A stretch of DNA of 38,968 nucleotides from Octopus sinensis (Eukaryota). This document shows, piece by piece, positions 9,832-21,228 of this stretch. The DNA lies in assembly GCF_006345805.1 (NCBI RefSeq), contig NW_021835764.1, forward strand, positions 1 to 38,968, given 5' to 3'. The first letter of the stretch is position 1; each line of letters begins with the position of its first letter. The translations under genes and the position numbers were made by a program. The notes under the pieces were generated by a model, which did not search any database, had not been told where the DNA came from, and saw only the letters and a program-made list of their open reading frames with translations.

Positions 9832-11029
9832 AATAAGAAGAAATGATACCGTCCGCGTCCAACGATGCTACTAGCAACAGCAATAATAGCAATCAAATCA
9901 CAGAATAAAAGTTTTTTGTCACCATCACCAACGTTTTCAAACTTATCTCATTCGACAAAAGACAAACATTTAGGAGAGGTGGAGAAGATCATCAACAGAC
10001 TAGTACAGAGAAACGTTAAGCCCAATATAACGCAACACTTTTGGGACCAAGCGGAAATTCAAGCAATTCTGTATAGATGCTTATCGACGAAAACACCCAA
10101 ATTAGATCGTATACCTTCAGACCAAGCTTTGTTTAAGAAACATGGGTAGACATGACGTTTGTTACGCTTTCGAATAACGATGCACCAACACCAATCCCAA
10201 CAGCAGCTACAGCAGTACTGTTAACACCAACTTAGCCCTCATCCTCATCGCAGTTATCGCCCAACACATGCACAACCTAATTCACACGCACAACATTCAG
10301 AACACGCACCCAACATCAACAGAAAAAAATATACTACACAGCCATAAACATGAATAACAAACTAAAAGATCACATACATCAACATACAAGCATCACGCAA
10401 TAATTACGTTAAAATAAATAATAACATTCTAGTAGACATAAAAATCATCCAAATATCACAACACACATGGATCTTAAACGATAAATGTCCCCAGTGTCCA
10501 GTACCCGAGCATTAATGACTTGTGGGGTTAAGTTTAACACCTGTCGCGTGAGGGACAGATCCGGCTATCAGCTGAGTCCATTGTGAAGATCGTTCTGTTA
10601 CCTTCCTTTGACTGGAAAAGACAGGCAGTTTTATCTGTCTGGTCTATCCGGTGGCTTCCGCCAAACAGGCTGCGTAATGGATAAAACTGAAAAGGTTGAG
10701 GGCAAACATCTTCCTTTTAGGCCAACCCCTCATGAACGAAGTCTTGCTTTACAGCAAATATATTGAAAGATGGATCAAAATTCGTAAAGGTGAACGGGTT
10801 TGCTCTGAGTATGATTAAGTGAAGAGGATAACCCTGGTCAGGGTTATCGTGGTTTTGTAGTGTTTCCACGAACAGACCTCGGAGGTCTGTCCTATACTTT
10901 TGAGGAAATACTGATTGAAATTTTTGTTCTTTTGTTTCTGTTATTTTACAAGCTTTTCTATGACCACCATATTGTATTATCCTATACCTTCCTGTACTGT
11001 CCTTGAACATTTAGTTGTTAAAAAAAGAA

Positions 11030-11030
<1 letters not shown>

Positions 11031-11081
<51 letters not shown>

Positions 11082-11332
11082 GTTGTTGTTGTTGTTGTTG
11101 TTGTTAAGGCGACAAGCTGACAGAATCGTTAGCACGCCGGGCCAAATGTTTAGCGGTATTTCGTCTGCTGCTACGTTCTGAGTTCAATTCCGCTGAGGTC
11201 GACTTTGCTTTTCATCCTTTCAGGGTCGATAAAATTAAGTACCTGTGAAACACTGGGGTCGATATAATCAACCAGTATCGCCCCCTAAAATTTCAGGCCT
11301 TGTGCCTTTAGTAGAAAGAATTATTATTATCA

Positions 11333-11397
<65 letters not shown>

Positions 11398-11413
11398 GTT
11401 GTTGTTGTTGTTG

Positions 11414-11465
<52 letters not shown>
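11031..11465. repeat. (TTA)n/(TTG)n microsatellite interrupted by a SINE B
   Basis: Trinucleotide arrays at 11031-11104 and 11322-11465, read directly. Confidence 0.95.
11105..11322 (+). mobile_element. Full-length SINE family B
   Basis: aaggcgacaagctgacagaatcgttagc (A-box region), gagttcaattcc (B-box-like), core gggtcgataaaattaagtacc...ctggggtcgat, tail aaatttcaggccttgtgcc...agaaagaattatt. Confidence 0.9.
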
Positions 11466-11477
<12 letters not shown>

Positions 11478-12463
11478 TACCACCACTACCACCACCAGCC
11501 TCGTCATTGTCATCATATATGTAATTAATATTTTCATATTTTCCCTTAATAGCCCTGCACATCAATGCTTAATTGTAATATTCTGTTGATCTTTTTTTTT
11601 TTTGAAGATTTATGAGATGAAAAATTGAATAAGCGTTTTTTTCTAATGTTCCTCTTGAAATTATTCATGAGACGCCGATAGTATAAAGTGATATTTATGT
11701 ATCGTGATTAAATGGGAAGTATTTATAGATTTCTAAATTTAAAGTAGTATCCCACCAAAAAAGTTATAACTATGAATATTTGTATCAACATTAATCTTTA
11801 ATCATATATAACTTGAAAGAGATTTTTTTCTGAGACAATTTAACATTTGAAAATTCATAGTATCTAGGATAATGATCCAATTATCTAGATAAAAACCGCG
11901 CAGCAAATTATCAACACTTATGTAATAAATATAAAATATAGCCAAACGTTTGAAAAGTTTAGGTTACTCATCGCTATATCTAGAAGATTAACGTTACTTA
12001 TTTTTACAACTATATCGCATCGAAAAAACAAAAGCAATGATTTTTACATGCATAATCATTCTGGTATCAGAATTTCTAAACAAAGTACATTTCTTGGCTA
12101 AATCTGATATTTTTTTGAAGCAAAGGTTTAATCTTCAATGGATAAATTTCAATGATATGAAGATGGGTGGATTTATATTCCTGCTTATTAATAACACTAT
12201 TGAAACAGTAGATAACAGAACTACCGTTACCTCAAACGTGGTTTGTTTAATTTTAAGACAAATAGTGTCTAAGATACTTTTACTTACGGTACTTACCTTG
12301 TTTTTGGTCGGCATTTTTAACCCAGAAAATACATTATTGATAATAATATATGTTTGTATCCCCTAAAATTAAAGACCTTCGTAAAGCTAAATAAACTGTC
12401 ACGTATTTCTAACTCTGTAGCTATCAACTTAGTATCTAAACTATTGGAATTAATGTATGTGTG

Positions 12464-12507
<44 letters not shown>

Positions 12508-12548
12508 AGATAGATAGATAGATAGATAGATTGATAGATAGATAGATA

Positions 12549-12597
<49 letters not shown>
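12464..12597. repeat. (ATAG)n microsatellite
   Basis: Read directly. Confidence 0.97.
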
Positions 12598-12832
12598 GGA
12601 ACGGGGAGGACATCTCAAAAGTGAATGGAAACCATTATTTTTAAAAGATTTATTTTGGGAGACAAAATAATGCCATTTGAAGCATTTAAGTACTTAAGTA
12701 TTTAGGTGACATGCCTTGTGCATAATATATTAACAAGTTTGAAACACCGAGTACTGATTGCACAGATAAAACGGTATAATTGAGATGTGTCAATGTCTAT
12801 TTACTTTTCAGACATTGCATATTTTTATATTC

Positions 12833-13218
12833 TCTTATTCATTTACTTCCTTCGGTCATTTGACTGCGGCCATGCTGGAACACCACCTTAAAGTAGTTTT
12901 AGTCGAAGAAATCGACCCCAGGACTTATTCTTTGTAAGCCTAGTACTTATTCTATCGTTCCCTTTTGCCGAACCGTTAAGTTAAGGGACGCAAACACCAC
13001 AGACACAATGACACACACACATAAACATATACATGTGTGTGTGTGTGTGTGAGTGTGCGTGTGCGTGTGTATACTACGAGCTTCTTTCAGTTTCCGTCTA
13101 CAAAATTCCACTCACAAAGATTTGGTCGGCCCGAGGCTATAGTAGAAGACGCTTGCCCAAAGTGCCATGCAGTGGGACTGAACCCGGAACCATGTGATTG
13201 AGAAGTAAGCTTCTTCAC
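12833..13218 (-). mobile_element. SINE family A with internal CA/GT tract
   Basis: Colinear with 1098-1551, with the same tail, core and head. Confidence 0.88.
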
Positions 13219-13261
13219 AAGATTCTTGATGTGAAATCGTGTGTTGAAATAGGTATTACCT

Positions 13262-13540
13262 CTAAGCATTTTGTGTAGACTGCTAACGATTCTGCTAGCT
13301 CACCGCCTTCCCTTAAGGGATAATAGTTTCGAATTTTGGCACAAGTCCAGAAATTTGGGGGAAGGAGCTAAATCGATTAGGTTGACCCCAATCCTCAAGT
13401 GGTACTTATTTTAGCGAGACCGAGAAGATGAAAAGCAAAGCCGACGTCGGCGGAGTTTGAACTCAGAACGTAAAGACGGGCGAAATGTCACTAAGCATTT
13501 TCCCCGGACTGCTAACGATTCCGCCAGCTGGCCACCCTTT
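13262..13540 (-). mobile_element. SINE family B (13330-13540) plus an adjacent second 5' head fragment (13262-13310)
   Basis: ctaagcatttt...actgctaacgattc(t/c)gc(t/c)agct occurs at both 13262 and 13492. Confidence 0.8.
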
Positions 13541-15372
13541 CCTACAGAGTAATAATGACAGAAAAATATTGAAGTGTCTCTAACTAGGAACTGAAACCGA
13601 ATTATAGACTTAGACAGCTGCGAGCTTACCTCTCTCTTTCGGAAAATTTATTGCTAGAATTGTAATTCTTACATTTCTGCAAACTCTTTGGAGGTTGAAA
13701 GTATTATCTATACTCCCTCTTGTTGAAAGGATATCTATTGATTAGTACTGCCTCCCATTCTCCAAGCTAAAATATTTTATATCCAAGCCTGTCAATTTAT
13801 GTAGCATATTTCTCAACCTCTAATTTAAGAAGAGGTTGAATTTTCCTTGGAACTGTCGGGTGGTAAACTTTTATATCAACCTTAGTCGTTTTTACGTCAC
13901 TTCACGTGAGTATACTTATCTATTATTACATTCAACCGCTTAAATTCCCGGGCCTTTGTGTGCGTGAGACCAAGTTCTCCTTCATCTCTCACTTGACAGT
14001 TCAGAAGAAGGAACATCCTTCTTGCGATCGTTGTTTTGCCATTTTTGTTATTGTTATTATTCTTATAACTATTACTTCAACACTGAAACACTTGCACTTA
14101 TCTACTCGATCAATTAACAAATACTTAAGATGTCGCAGGGAATAGAAAACTTGTGCATTCCTTTCTTGTGTCAGTATAACATTAATGCACAGAGAAATAA
14201 TCACGCAGTTCCTAAACAGTTAGATGCGTCCAATAATGCAGTTATCACATATATCTCTAACTCGTATCTTAAACCTCAGCACTAATAGTATTACCATCAG
14301 CATTCGACTTCAGTAGATTAAGCGACAACATGATACACTTTTGCCGTTATATCAACGTTATGGGAGTCCTCTCAATAAGGTTTTAAAAACCAATCTATCT
14401 CACTGTAAACCAACTTCAGCTACGCTTTTCCGAAACACATAGTTAAGTATATATTTCGTGTTAAGTCACCTTATTCTGTACTCAACAAAACTTCAAACAG
14501 TTGCCGGAGGCCTGCATCTAGATTATGTAAATGAATGAACATTTTAAAACGAAATAGATTTATGATTTGTATCGAAAAGATAAATGAAACCGATCTTGAA
14601 CATTTATTGCGTAATGAATATTGCCTAATTTACACAGCTTCTAGATCGTGACACAAGACAATTTATTCACATCAAACAGAAGCTACATCAAAGAACGTTA
14701 TTTAGTTTTTTGTTAGTTGCCTTGTTTTTTTTTTTTTTTTGTTAATATATTCATTCGACATCGAGAAAATAATTTCTTAATGGCTACTGGATTTGATATA
14801 TGCAGACGTAACTGCTACGCAGCCAATGAAAAATGTTCATAATTAGCTGGGCTATGCTTAACTTATTTCCTGTATGTCGAATGCACTTTAAAAAGTATTT
14901 CTTCCGTAGGCTGAGATCTTCAAGGGTAAAACAGGTGAAAGTTGGGATGCGTACGCTTTTGCCATCATTGCTATCTTCATTCTGGAATGACTCCAAAGTA
15001 GATAGAAAACAGTGACAGAATAGAATTATTAATAAATTACATTGTTACGACGCTAGTTACGTTTGGCACCATTAACGGCGTGGATAGCGCAAGTTTCTAC
15101 GCCGTTGTTTTGGTAAATATGAGAATCTTATACATTATTTAGACACGCGCATACGCATTGTGTGCCAGGGGCTTGCGAAATCTCAGTAATTCAATATACT
15201 AAGAGTTTCGTATCACCCATTAATATCAGCTCACCGTCGCGAACTCGATCAACAAAAGTTGTAGCACCACTACCCTTATCCCGATTACGAATACTTTCCA
15301 TTATACTCTACTGTTACAACAATAGTTGACTCCACAAACAAAACTTCATTAAAAACTAACTACAAAGAAAAC

Positions 15373-15428
<56 letters not shown>

Positions 15429-15499
15429 TACCGTGGGGCAGTACCAGGCAGTGGTTCTCATGGCTTCTGATCTTAACTGATTAGAAGTATTATCATGTA

Positions 15500-16774
15500 T
15501 CAGGTCATCCCACAAGTTCTGTCCAAATTTTGAATAAAGAAAACATGTGATTAAATGGTATATTTAATTGTAATTTAATCATCAATGTGCTTTCCCTGAT
15601 TATCTATGACTTCCTTCCATCTATTTACGAGCTTTTTAATCTCATCAATGTAAAACTCTTTTGGTTTCAAAGCGAAGAACTCTGAAATGTCAGTTTCAAC
15701 ATCCTCCTGGCTTGCGAAAGTAATGTCCTCCAAATGATCCTGTAAACTACGAAACAAATGGTAGTCTGAATGAGCAAGGTCGGGAGAATAAGGTGGATGA
15801 GGAATATTTTCCCAACCAAGCTCTTCGATCTTCTGTGATGTGATCTTTGCTGTGTGATGTCGCGCACTGTCCTGATGAAACATCACTCATTTTCGATTCG
15901 CTAAAGCGGGTCTTTTTTCTTCAAATCTTCGTTCAAACGCTCTAATTGCTGACAGTAGACTTGAGCATTGATTGTTGCATTAGGTGGTAACAATTCAAAG
16001 TGAATTACTCCTTTGCAATCCCACTAGATAGAAAGAAGAACCTTTTTCGCTTGAAGTTCACTTCTCGGTTGTGGTTGACTTTTTTCCCTTTTACCAAGCC
16101 ACTGTTTACGACGTTTACCATTTCGATAGAAGATCCATTTTTCGTCATTAGTCACAAGTCTATCCAAAAAGGGTGAAATGAGTTCGTGAGAATGGAGAGA
16201 AGAGCATATGTCAACTAGGCATTTGTGGTTGCTTTCGGACAATTCATGAGGTACCCATTTATCAAGTTTAGGAACCTTTCCAAGTTGTTGAAGACGACGA
16301 TGGTTTGAACAAAACTTTATAGCCAATTCTTCAACTGATAATGCAGGATTTTCTTCAAGTAATGCCTCAATGAGCTTATCATCAAATTCAACTGGACGTC
16401 CTGTTCGATCTTCATCTTCAAGGCTGAAATCTCCACTTCTGAATTTTGCAAACCATCTACTACAAGTTCTTTCATTCAAGCATTCTTTCCCATAAACTGA
16501 GTGTATGTTTCGAGTCGCTTCAGCTGCAGTTTTCTTTTTTGTACTCATAAAGCATTTTGTGCCTCAAATGCTCTTTGGATACTTCCATGTTAGAAAGGGT
16601 TTTAATCAATAAAATGTTAATTCTATTATTCCGTAAAATATTATTTAATTAGTTTAAATGTACACAGATGCATAAAAATAATTTTTAATTCCATTAAACA
16701 TTCTAAAATACTATTAAATTTCATTCAATTATAAAAAAAGGTAAAAATCGGATAGAACTTATGGGATGACCTGA
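15500..16774 (-). mobile_element. Full-length mariner DNA transposon (1275 bp)
   Basis: 25-bp TIRs TCAGGTCATCCCACAAGTTCTGTCC (15500-15524) and the reverse complement of 16750-16774, with 2 mismatches. TA on both sides (15498-99, 16775-76). Confidence 0.97.
15575..16588 (-). pseudogene. Mariner transposase pseudogene, DD34D
   Basis: MEVSKEHLRH..., GRP linker, WVPHEL, VTNDEKW, HQDSARHH and YSPDLAHSDYHLF, with 34 residues between the last two Asp. Frameshift near the N-terminus, a stop at KKVLLSI* and further disruptions. Confidence 0.95.
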
Positions 16775-16859
16775 TATTATACCGCCTTATATGATTTTAT
16801 TATATTCAATTGCATATCTACTATTACTGACATCATCAGTATTGCTGCATTAGACGATC

Positions 16860-17110
16860 CCTGCTACTACTACTACTGCTACCTATAATACAATCACAAC
16901 TACTACCACTATTATATTCACCATTACACCATCACCACTATCGTTAACACCATCGTATTTGCTACCACCATTATTTTCATCACCACAACAGAACCACCAT
17001 CACTATCATAATCATCACTATTACCACCGCCATTATCATCATCACATCCGCAACCATTATCACCCACAGCCCACCACCGACGTCGCCGTCATCACAACAC
17101 GACCATGAAC
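16860..17110. repeat. Degenerate ACC/ATC/ACT trinucleotide low-complexity tract
   Basis: Read directly. Confidence 0.85.
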
Positions 17111-17589
17111 ATCAACTGATCCTTACGTTAGACGAAAGACGCACACATCTTTCGTAAACACATCTTAAACACTTACTTCTATCTAAGCTTTTCTCAACTC
17201 GTAAAGTAAAAAGAAAAAACACAAACGTTAACAATATGAATTACTCCTTTGTCGCCTCTCCCTTGGTCGGTAGATGGTGTTATTGTCTGCTAATTTAGAT
17301 TGAAGATAAAAGAAATACTGAAGGAAATGTTAAAGCTTAAATTACACTCTCCTTAGTATGTGTCATAAAATTACAGACTCCATGTTGGCAGCAAGCCCCA
17401 AGCAAAGAGGTTTGAACGCCTGACTTATAATATATGGTAAATAGCATGCAATTAGTAAAGAGCTTCTTTGCATACCATTCTTTCTTTTATGTGTCTTCAC
17501 AGTCATCAACAAGGAAATTGCAGATGTATTTATATATACATGTGTATAGTCTTGCACGTGTATGTGCGTGCATGCGTCCATGTGCGCGC

Positions 17590-17606
17590 GTATACGTGAT
17601 ATGTGT

Positions 17607-17655
<49 letters not shown>

Positions 17656-17664
17656 GTATGTATG

Positions 17665-17695
<31 letters not shown>

Positions 17696-17815
17696 ATATA
17701 CATGTATATATATACATATATAATGTGTGGGTATGTGCGTGTGTGTATGTGCGCGCGTGCATGTACGCGCGTATGTGTTTTATATATATATATTATATAT
17801 ATATTATATATATAT

Positions 17816-17862
<47 letters not shown>

Positions 17863-17890
17863 ATATGTATGTATGTATATATATGTACAC

Positions 17891-17921
<31 letters not shown>

Positions 17922-17942
17922 TATATGCATATATAATGTGTG

Positions 17943-17973
<31 letters not shown>

Positions 17974-18085
17974 CACATATACGCACAGGCACATACGCAT
18001 ATATGTAAATCATATAAGCACGCACATGTTACACACACACACATACGCACACACGCACACACACACACACGCACACACACACACA
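17590..18085. repeat. Compound TA/TATG/CA microsatellite block
   Basis: Read directly. It is the source of many spurious YI/CV ORFs. Confidence 0.95.
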
Positions 18086-18547
18086 CAAAGGGACCTTTAT
18101 ATATGTATATGAGCACATTTTATTATTATCCTGTTGAAAGCGTATGGGTTATATTTATAATCTTTGAAATGCAGGCCCTCCAGTCTGGACAAAAAACATA
18201 TATACACATATCTGCATATATAAGAAAGCAAATTTCCCTACGTCAGGAAATACAATTATTGAGCTTTCATCTACAGTAACCATAAATATAAACGAGCCAT
18301 CTTTATCCGCGTATGTGAGTTGGTGTATGTAAATACATGCACACACAAACAGATGCTTATGTATCCAGTCGTAATACATATACGTATATATATATATATA
18401 TATATATGCACGTTATCTATCTCAATCATGGAACGAGCAAACCATAGCTCAAGAACGTACTCAATACGTGATGGATGCTGAGTCGGTATTTCTTTTATGA
18501 AGCAGATGATCCCTTACAACCGTGAAAATGTTTTAATACATTCCAGT

Positions 18548-18587
<40 letters not shown>

Positions 18588-18762
18588 CGGCGGCGGTGGT
18601 GGTGGTGGTGGTGGTGGTGGTAGTTTTCTTTTTTCTATTGTAGGCCCGAGGCTTGAAATCTTGAAATTTTGGGAAAGAGTACTTGTCGTCGGTTACACAT
18701 TGACCCCCAGTGGTCCGAAAAGGTGAAACATAAAATCGAATAATAATAATAATAATAATAAT

Positions 18763-18954
18763 CCTACCTATTAAAGGCACAACGCCTGAAATTTTGGGGG
18801 ACCCCAATACTCAACTGTTACTTGATTTATCAACCCCGAAAGGATGAAAAGCAAAGTCGACCTCAGCGGAATTTGAACTGAGAACATAACGGCGGACGAA
18901 ATGCCGCTTAGCATTTCGCCCGGCATACTAACAATTGCGCCAGCTTGCCGCCTT
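18763..18954 (-). mobile_element. SINE family B after an (AAT)n tract
   Basis: ccccgaaaggatgaaaagcaaagtcgacctcagcggaatttgaactgag...cagcttgccgcctt. Confidence 0.88.
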
Positions 18955-19059
18955 TTGGGTTCCAATTTTGGCAGAAGGCCAGAAATATCGGGGGGTTGGG
19001 GTAAGTCGATTACATCGACACCAGTACTCTACTGATATTTATTTTGTTGACACCGAAAG
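18955..19059 (-). mobile_element. SINE B 3' half, broken at ccgaaag by (AAG)n
   Basis: Tail ccaattttggcagaaggccag...gtcgattacatcgacaccag...tttgttgacaccgaaag, then the AAG array. Confidence 0.75.
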
Positions 19060-19133
19060 AAGAAGAAGAAGAAGAAGAAGAAGAAGAAGAAGAAGAAGAA
19101 GAAGAAGAAGAAGAAGAAGAAGAAGAAGAAGAA
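19057..19133. repeat. (AAG)n microsatellite, about 25 units
   Basis: Read directly. Confidence 0.97.
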
Positions 19134-20077
19134 ACATAGCAGAATATTTGGTGAACAAACAAAGAAGACCTGCTAGTGCAATTCCGAACAAGAACAGCCA
19201 ACGAGAGAGAACCCCTACTCAGTATGGAATTACATGGTCAGTTCCACCGTGTAACCAACAAATTAAAAGACCAAGGAGCATCATGGAGGTGACTCCAGAA
19301 GAGTGGCCTAAAAAAAGAATACTGAAAGCCTAATCATCGCGGCCCAGGATCAGGTATTGAATACCAACTCAGTGAAAAAGCTATATATGCAGCACAAGTG
19401 CTCGGACCTCTGCAGAATGTGTCGGAAGAGGGTTGAAAGTGTGACTCATATTGTTAGTGCTTGTGAAAGTTTTGTGCAGGAGTACAAGCGTAGATACGCC
19501 AATGTATCCCATAACTTCACTGGCTACTATACTGTAAATTTAAATATGAGGTTACGGGTCCTTGGTACCAACATACACCGGTAAAGGTAATGGACGAAAA
19601 GGGGAAGGCAAAAATCCTCTGGAACTTAGATTTACAGACAGACAATGAGTTTGAGCACCGAAGGCCGGGTATAGTAACCTTTAGGAAGGACAAACAAGAG
19701 TGCCTAATAATCGACCTAGCAGTACCAAGAGATCAACATATCATCATGAAAGAAAGAGAAAAAGTTGATAAATATGGAGACCTGAAAATTGAGATCGCTA
19801 AGATGTGACAGCTACGAGAATCAAACATAAAGGTTATCCCTATTGTCATCGGAGCATTGGGTTCAATACCACCCAATCTGAAAAAACATCTGAAAACCTT
19901 AGAGATACCCTACAATCTAGATGTATTGCAAAAGTCGGCATTATTTGGAACTGCACGCATATTGCTTAAGTACTGTCTGTCTGACGTCCGTAATGTGAAT
20001 TGACAAACAGTACAAACCCCCGATAGATACAATATCTTCAATCAACAACCTCACAATATTGTATACTGTGCGACGTC

Positions 20078-20078
<1 letters not shown>
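19134..20078 (+). mobile_element. 5'-truncated R4/Dong-clade non-LTR retrotransposon (CCHC finger plus REL endonuclease), inactive
   Basis: Across frameshifts and stops it reads ELHGQF...SWR*LQKSGLKKETESLIIAAQDQ...CRMC...THIVSAC...KILWN...RPGIV...IIDLAVP...EKVDKY...IPIVIGALGSIP...LQKSALFGTARIL. It ends in (AAT)n at 20079. Confidence 0.92.
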
Positions 20079-20108
<30 letters not shown>

Positions 20109-20170
20109 GCACAAGGGGCCTGAAATTTGGTGGGAGGGGATAATCGATCACATCGGCCCCAAATAATAAC

Positions 20171-20231
<61 letters not shown>

Positions 20232-20354
20232 TCTTGATATGAGATCACCATGTCGCGCACATTTGGTTGTGATGCATGTGCCTAGTGTACCCTTATCAGA
20301 CGGGTAGTCATGATGGTTATACTGGGATTCGTATATTTTACCCCAGTGTCACTC

Positions 20355-20410
<56 letters not shown>

Positions 20411-20447
20411 TGATGATGATGATAATAATTATAATAATAGTAATAAT
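20079..20447. repeat. (AAT)n arrays interrupted by a SINE B tail (20109-20160) and another short element fragment (20231-20355)
   Basis: Arrays read directly. 20109-20160 matches the family B tail on the minus strand. Confidence 0.85.
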
Positions 20448-20871
20448 GTTGTGGAAGGATCCTGACCACCCACACGTGACCAAAAGTGGAGTAACGCATT
20501 TAAATAAAATAAAGAACTGACGGGTTGACAGTGAGCAGTTGACAGCGAGCAGCTGACAGCGTTGGTCGTTTGTATTGGATTACTGCGGTAGTTTAATATC
20601 GTACCTACGTTTTGGCATAGTACGGAGTACGTTCTGCGTGAACATATCAGTTCTGCCAAAGGTTATTCCAAATAACCATATCCAAATATTTATTTGCGTA
20701 ATGCTATTCCTACACCCTTGTGCTCACTTCAACGTCGTCGTAACATTATTGGTGATGAGATAGCTAAACCACGAAGACATAACAAATAATCGTAATGCCT
20801 TTTGCTTTCACATATAATTCTTTATATATTCCTGTATAAAAAAGTACGTTTTGCATTTTTTGATAGTATCA

Positions 20872-20932
20872 TATGTTATGTTATATTATATTATATTATA
20901 TTATATTATATTATATTATATTATATTATATT
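20872..20932. repeat. (TTATA)n pentanucleotide repeat
   Basis: Read directly. Confidence 0.95.
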
Positions 20933-21197
20933 GTATCTATATAAATGAGATTTTTTTTGCATGATGTATGTAAACCTGGTGTTCAAAAACTTAAGTGAAA
21001 ATAAATATATATTACTATTCTCCACCTCACAGGATAGTTTGTTTAACATTCATTTAACATACATTCACCACACACTACTTTCTATCAAGAAGGGAGATGT
21101 AGAAAAGCAGTAAGTTAAAAGGGGTAGTTGTATCAATCGCCGTCTCTCCCTCTCTCTCCTTTCCTCTCCCTCTCTCACTTTCTCTCTCTCTTTCTCT

Positions 21198-21228
<31 letters not shown>

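Noticed and set aside
10680-10760. HDV-like ribozyme in the GC-rich island
   Set aside because: A possible P1 helix exists, but I could not find P1.1, P4 or J4/2 elements.
12297-12314. MPTKNK resembling the eIF1A start MPKNK
   Set aside because: It has an extra residue and a different intron phase, and no further eIF1A exons were found.
13813-13839. 9-bp hairpin TCAACCTCT/AGAGGTTGA and similar short stems (14009, 20661, 30653)
   Set aside because: Isolated stems of this size are expected by chance in 39 kb.
16024-16548. 174-aa ORF and the 103-aa ORF at 15575-15886 as functional CDS
   Set aside because: They are fragments of one frameshifted, stop-containing mariner transposase.
18175-18314. 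Cadherin-repeat resemblance (PVWTKNIY...G.TIIELS)
   Set aside because: It lacks the DxNDN, LDRE and DxD calcium-binding motifs.
18935-19333. Poly-Arg ORF
   Set aside because: It comes from the (AAG)n array plus an off-frame LINE sequence. The LINE-homologous frame is a different one.
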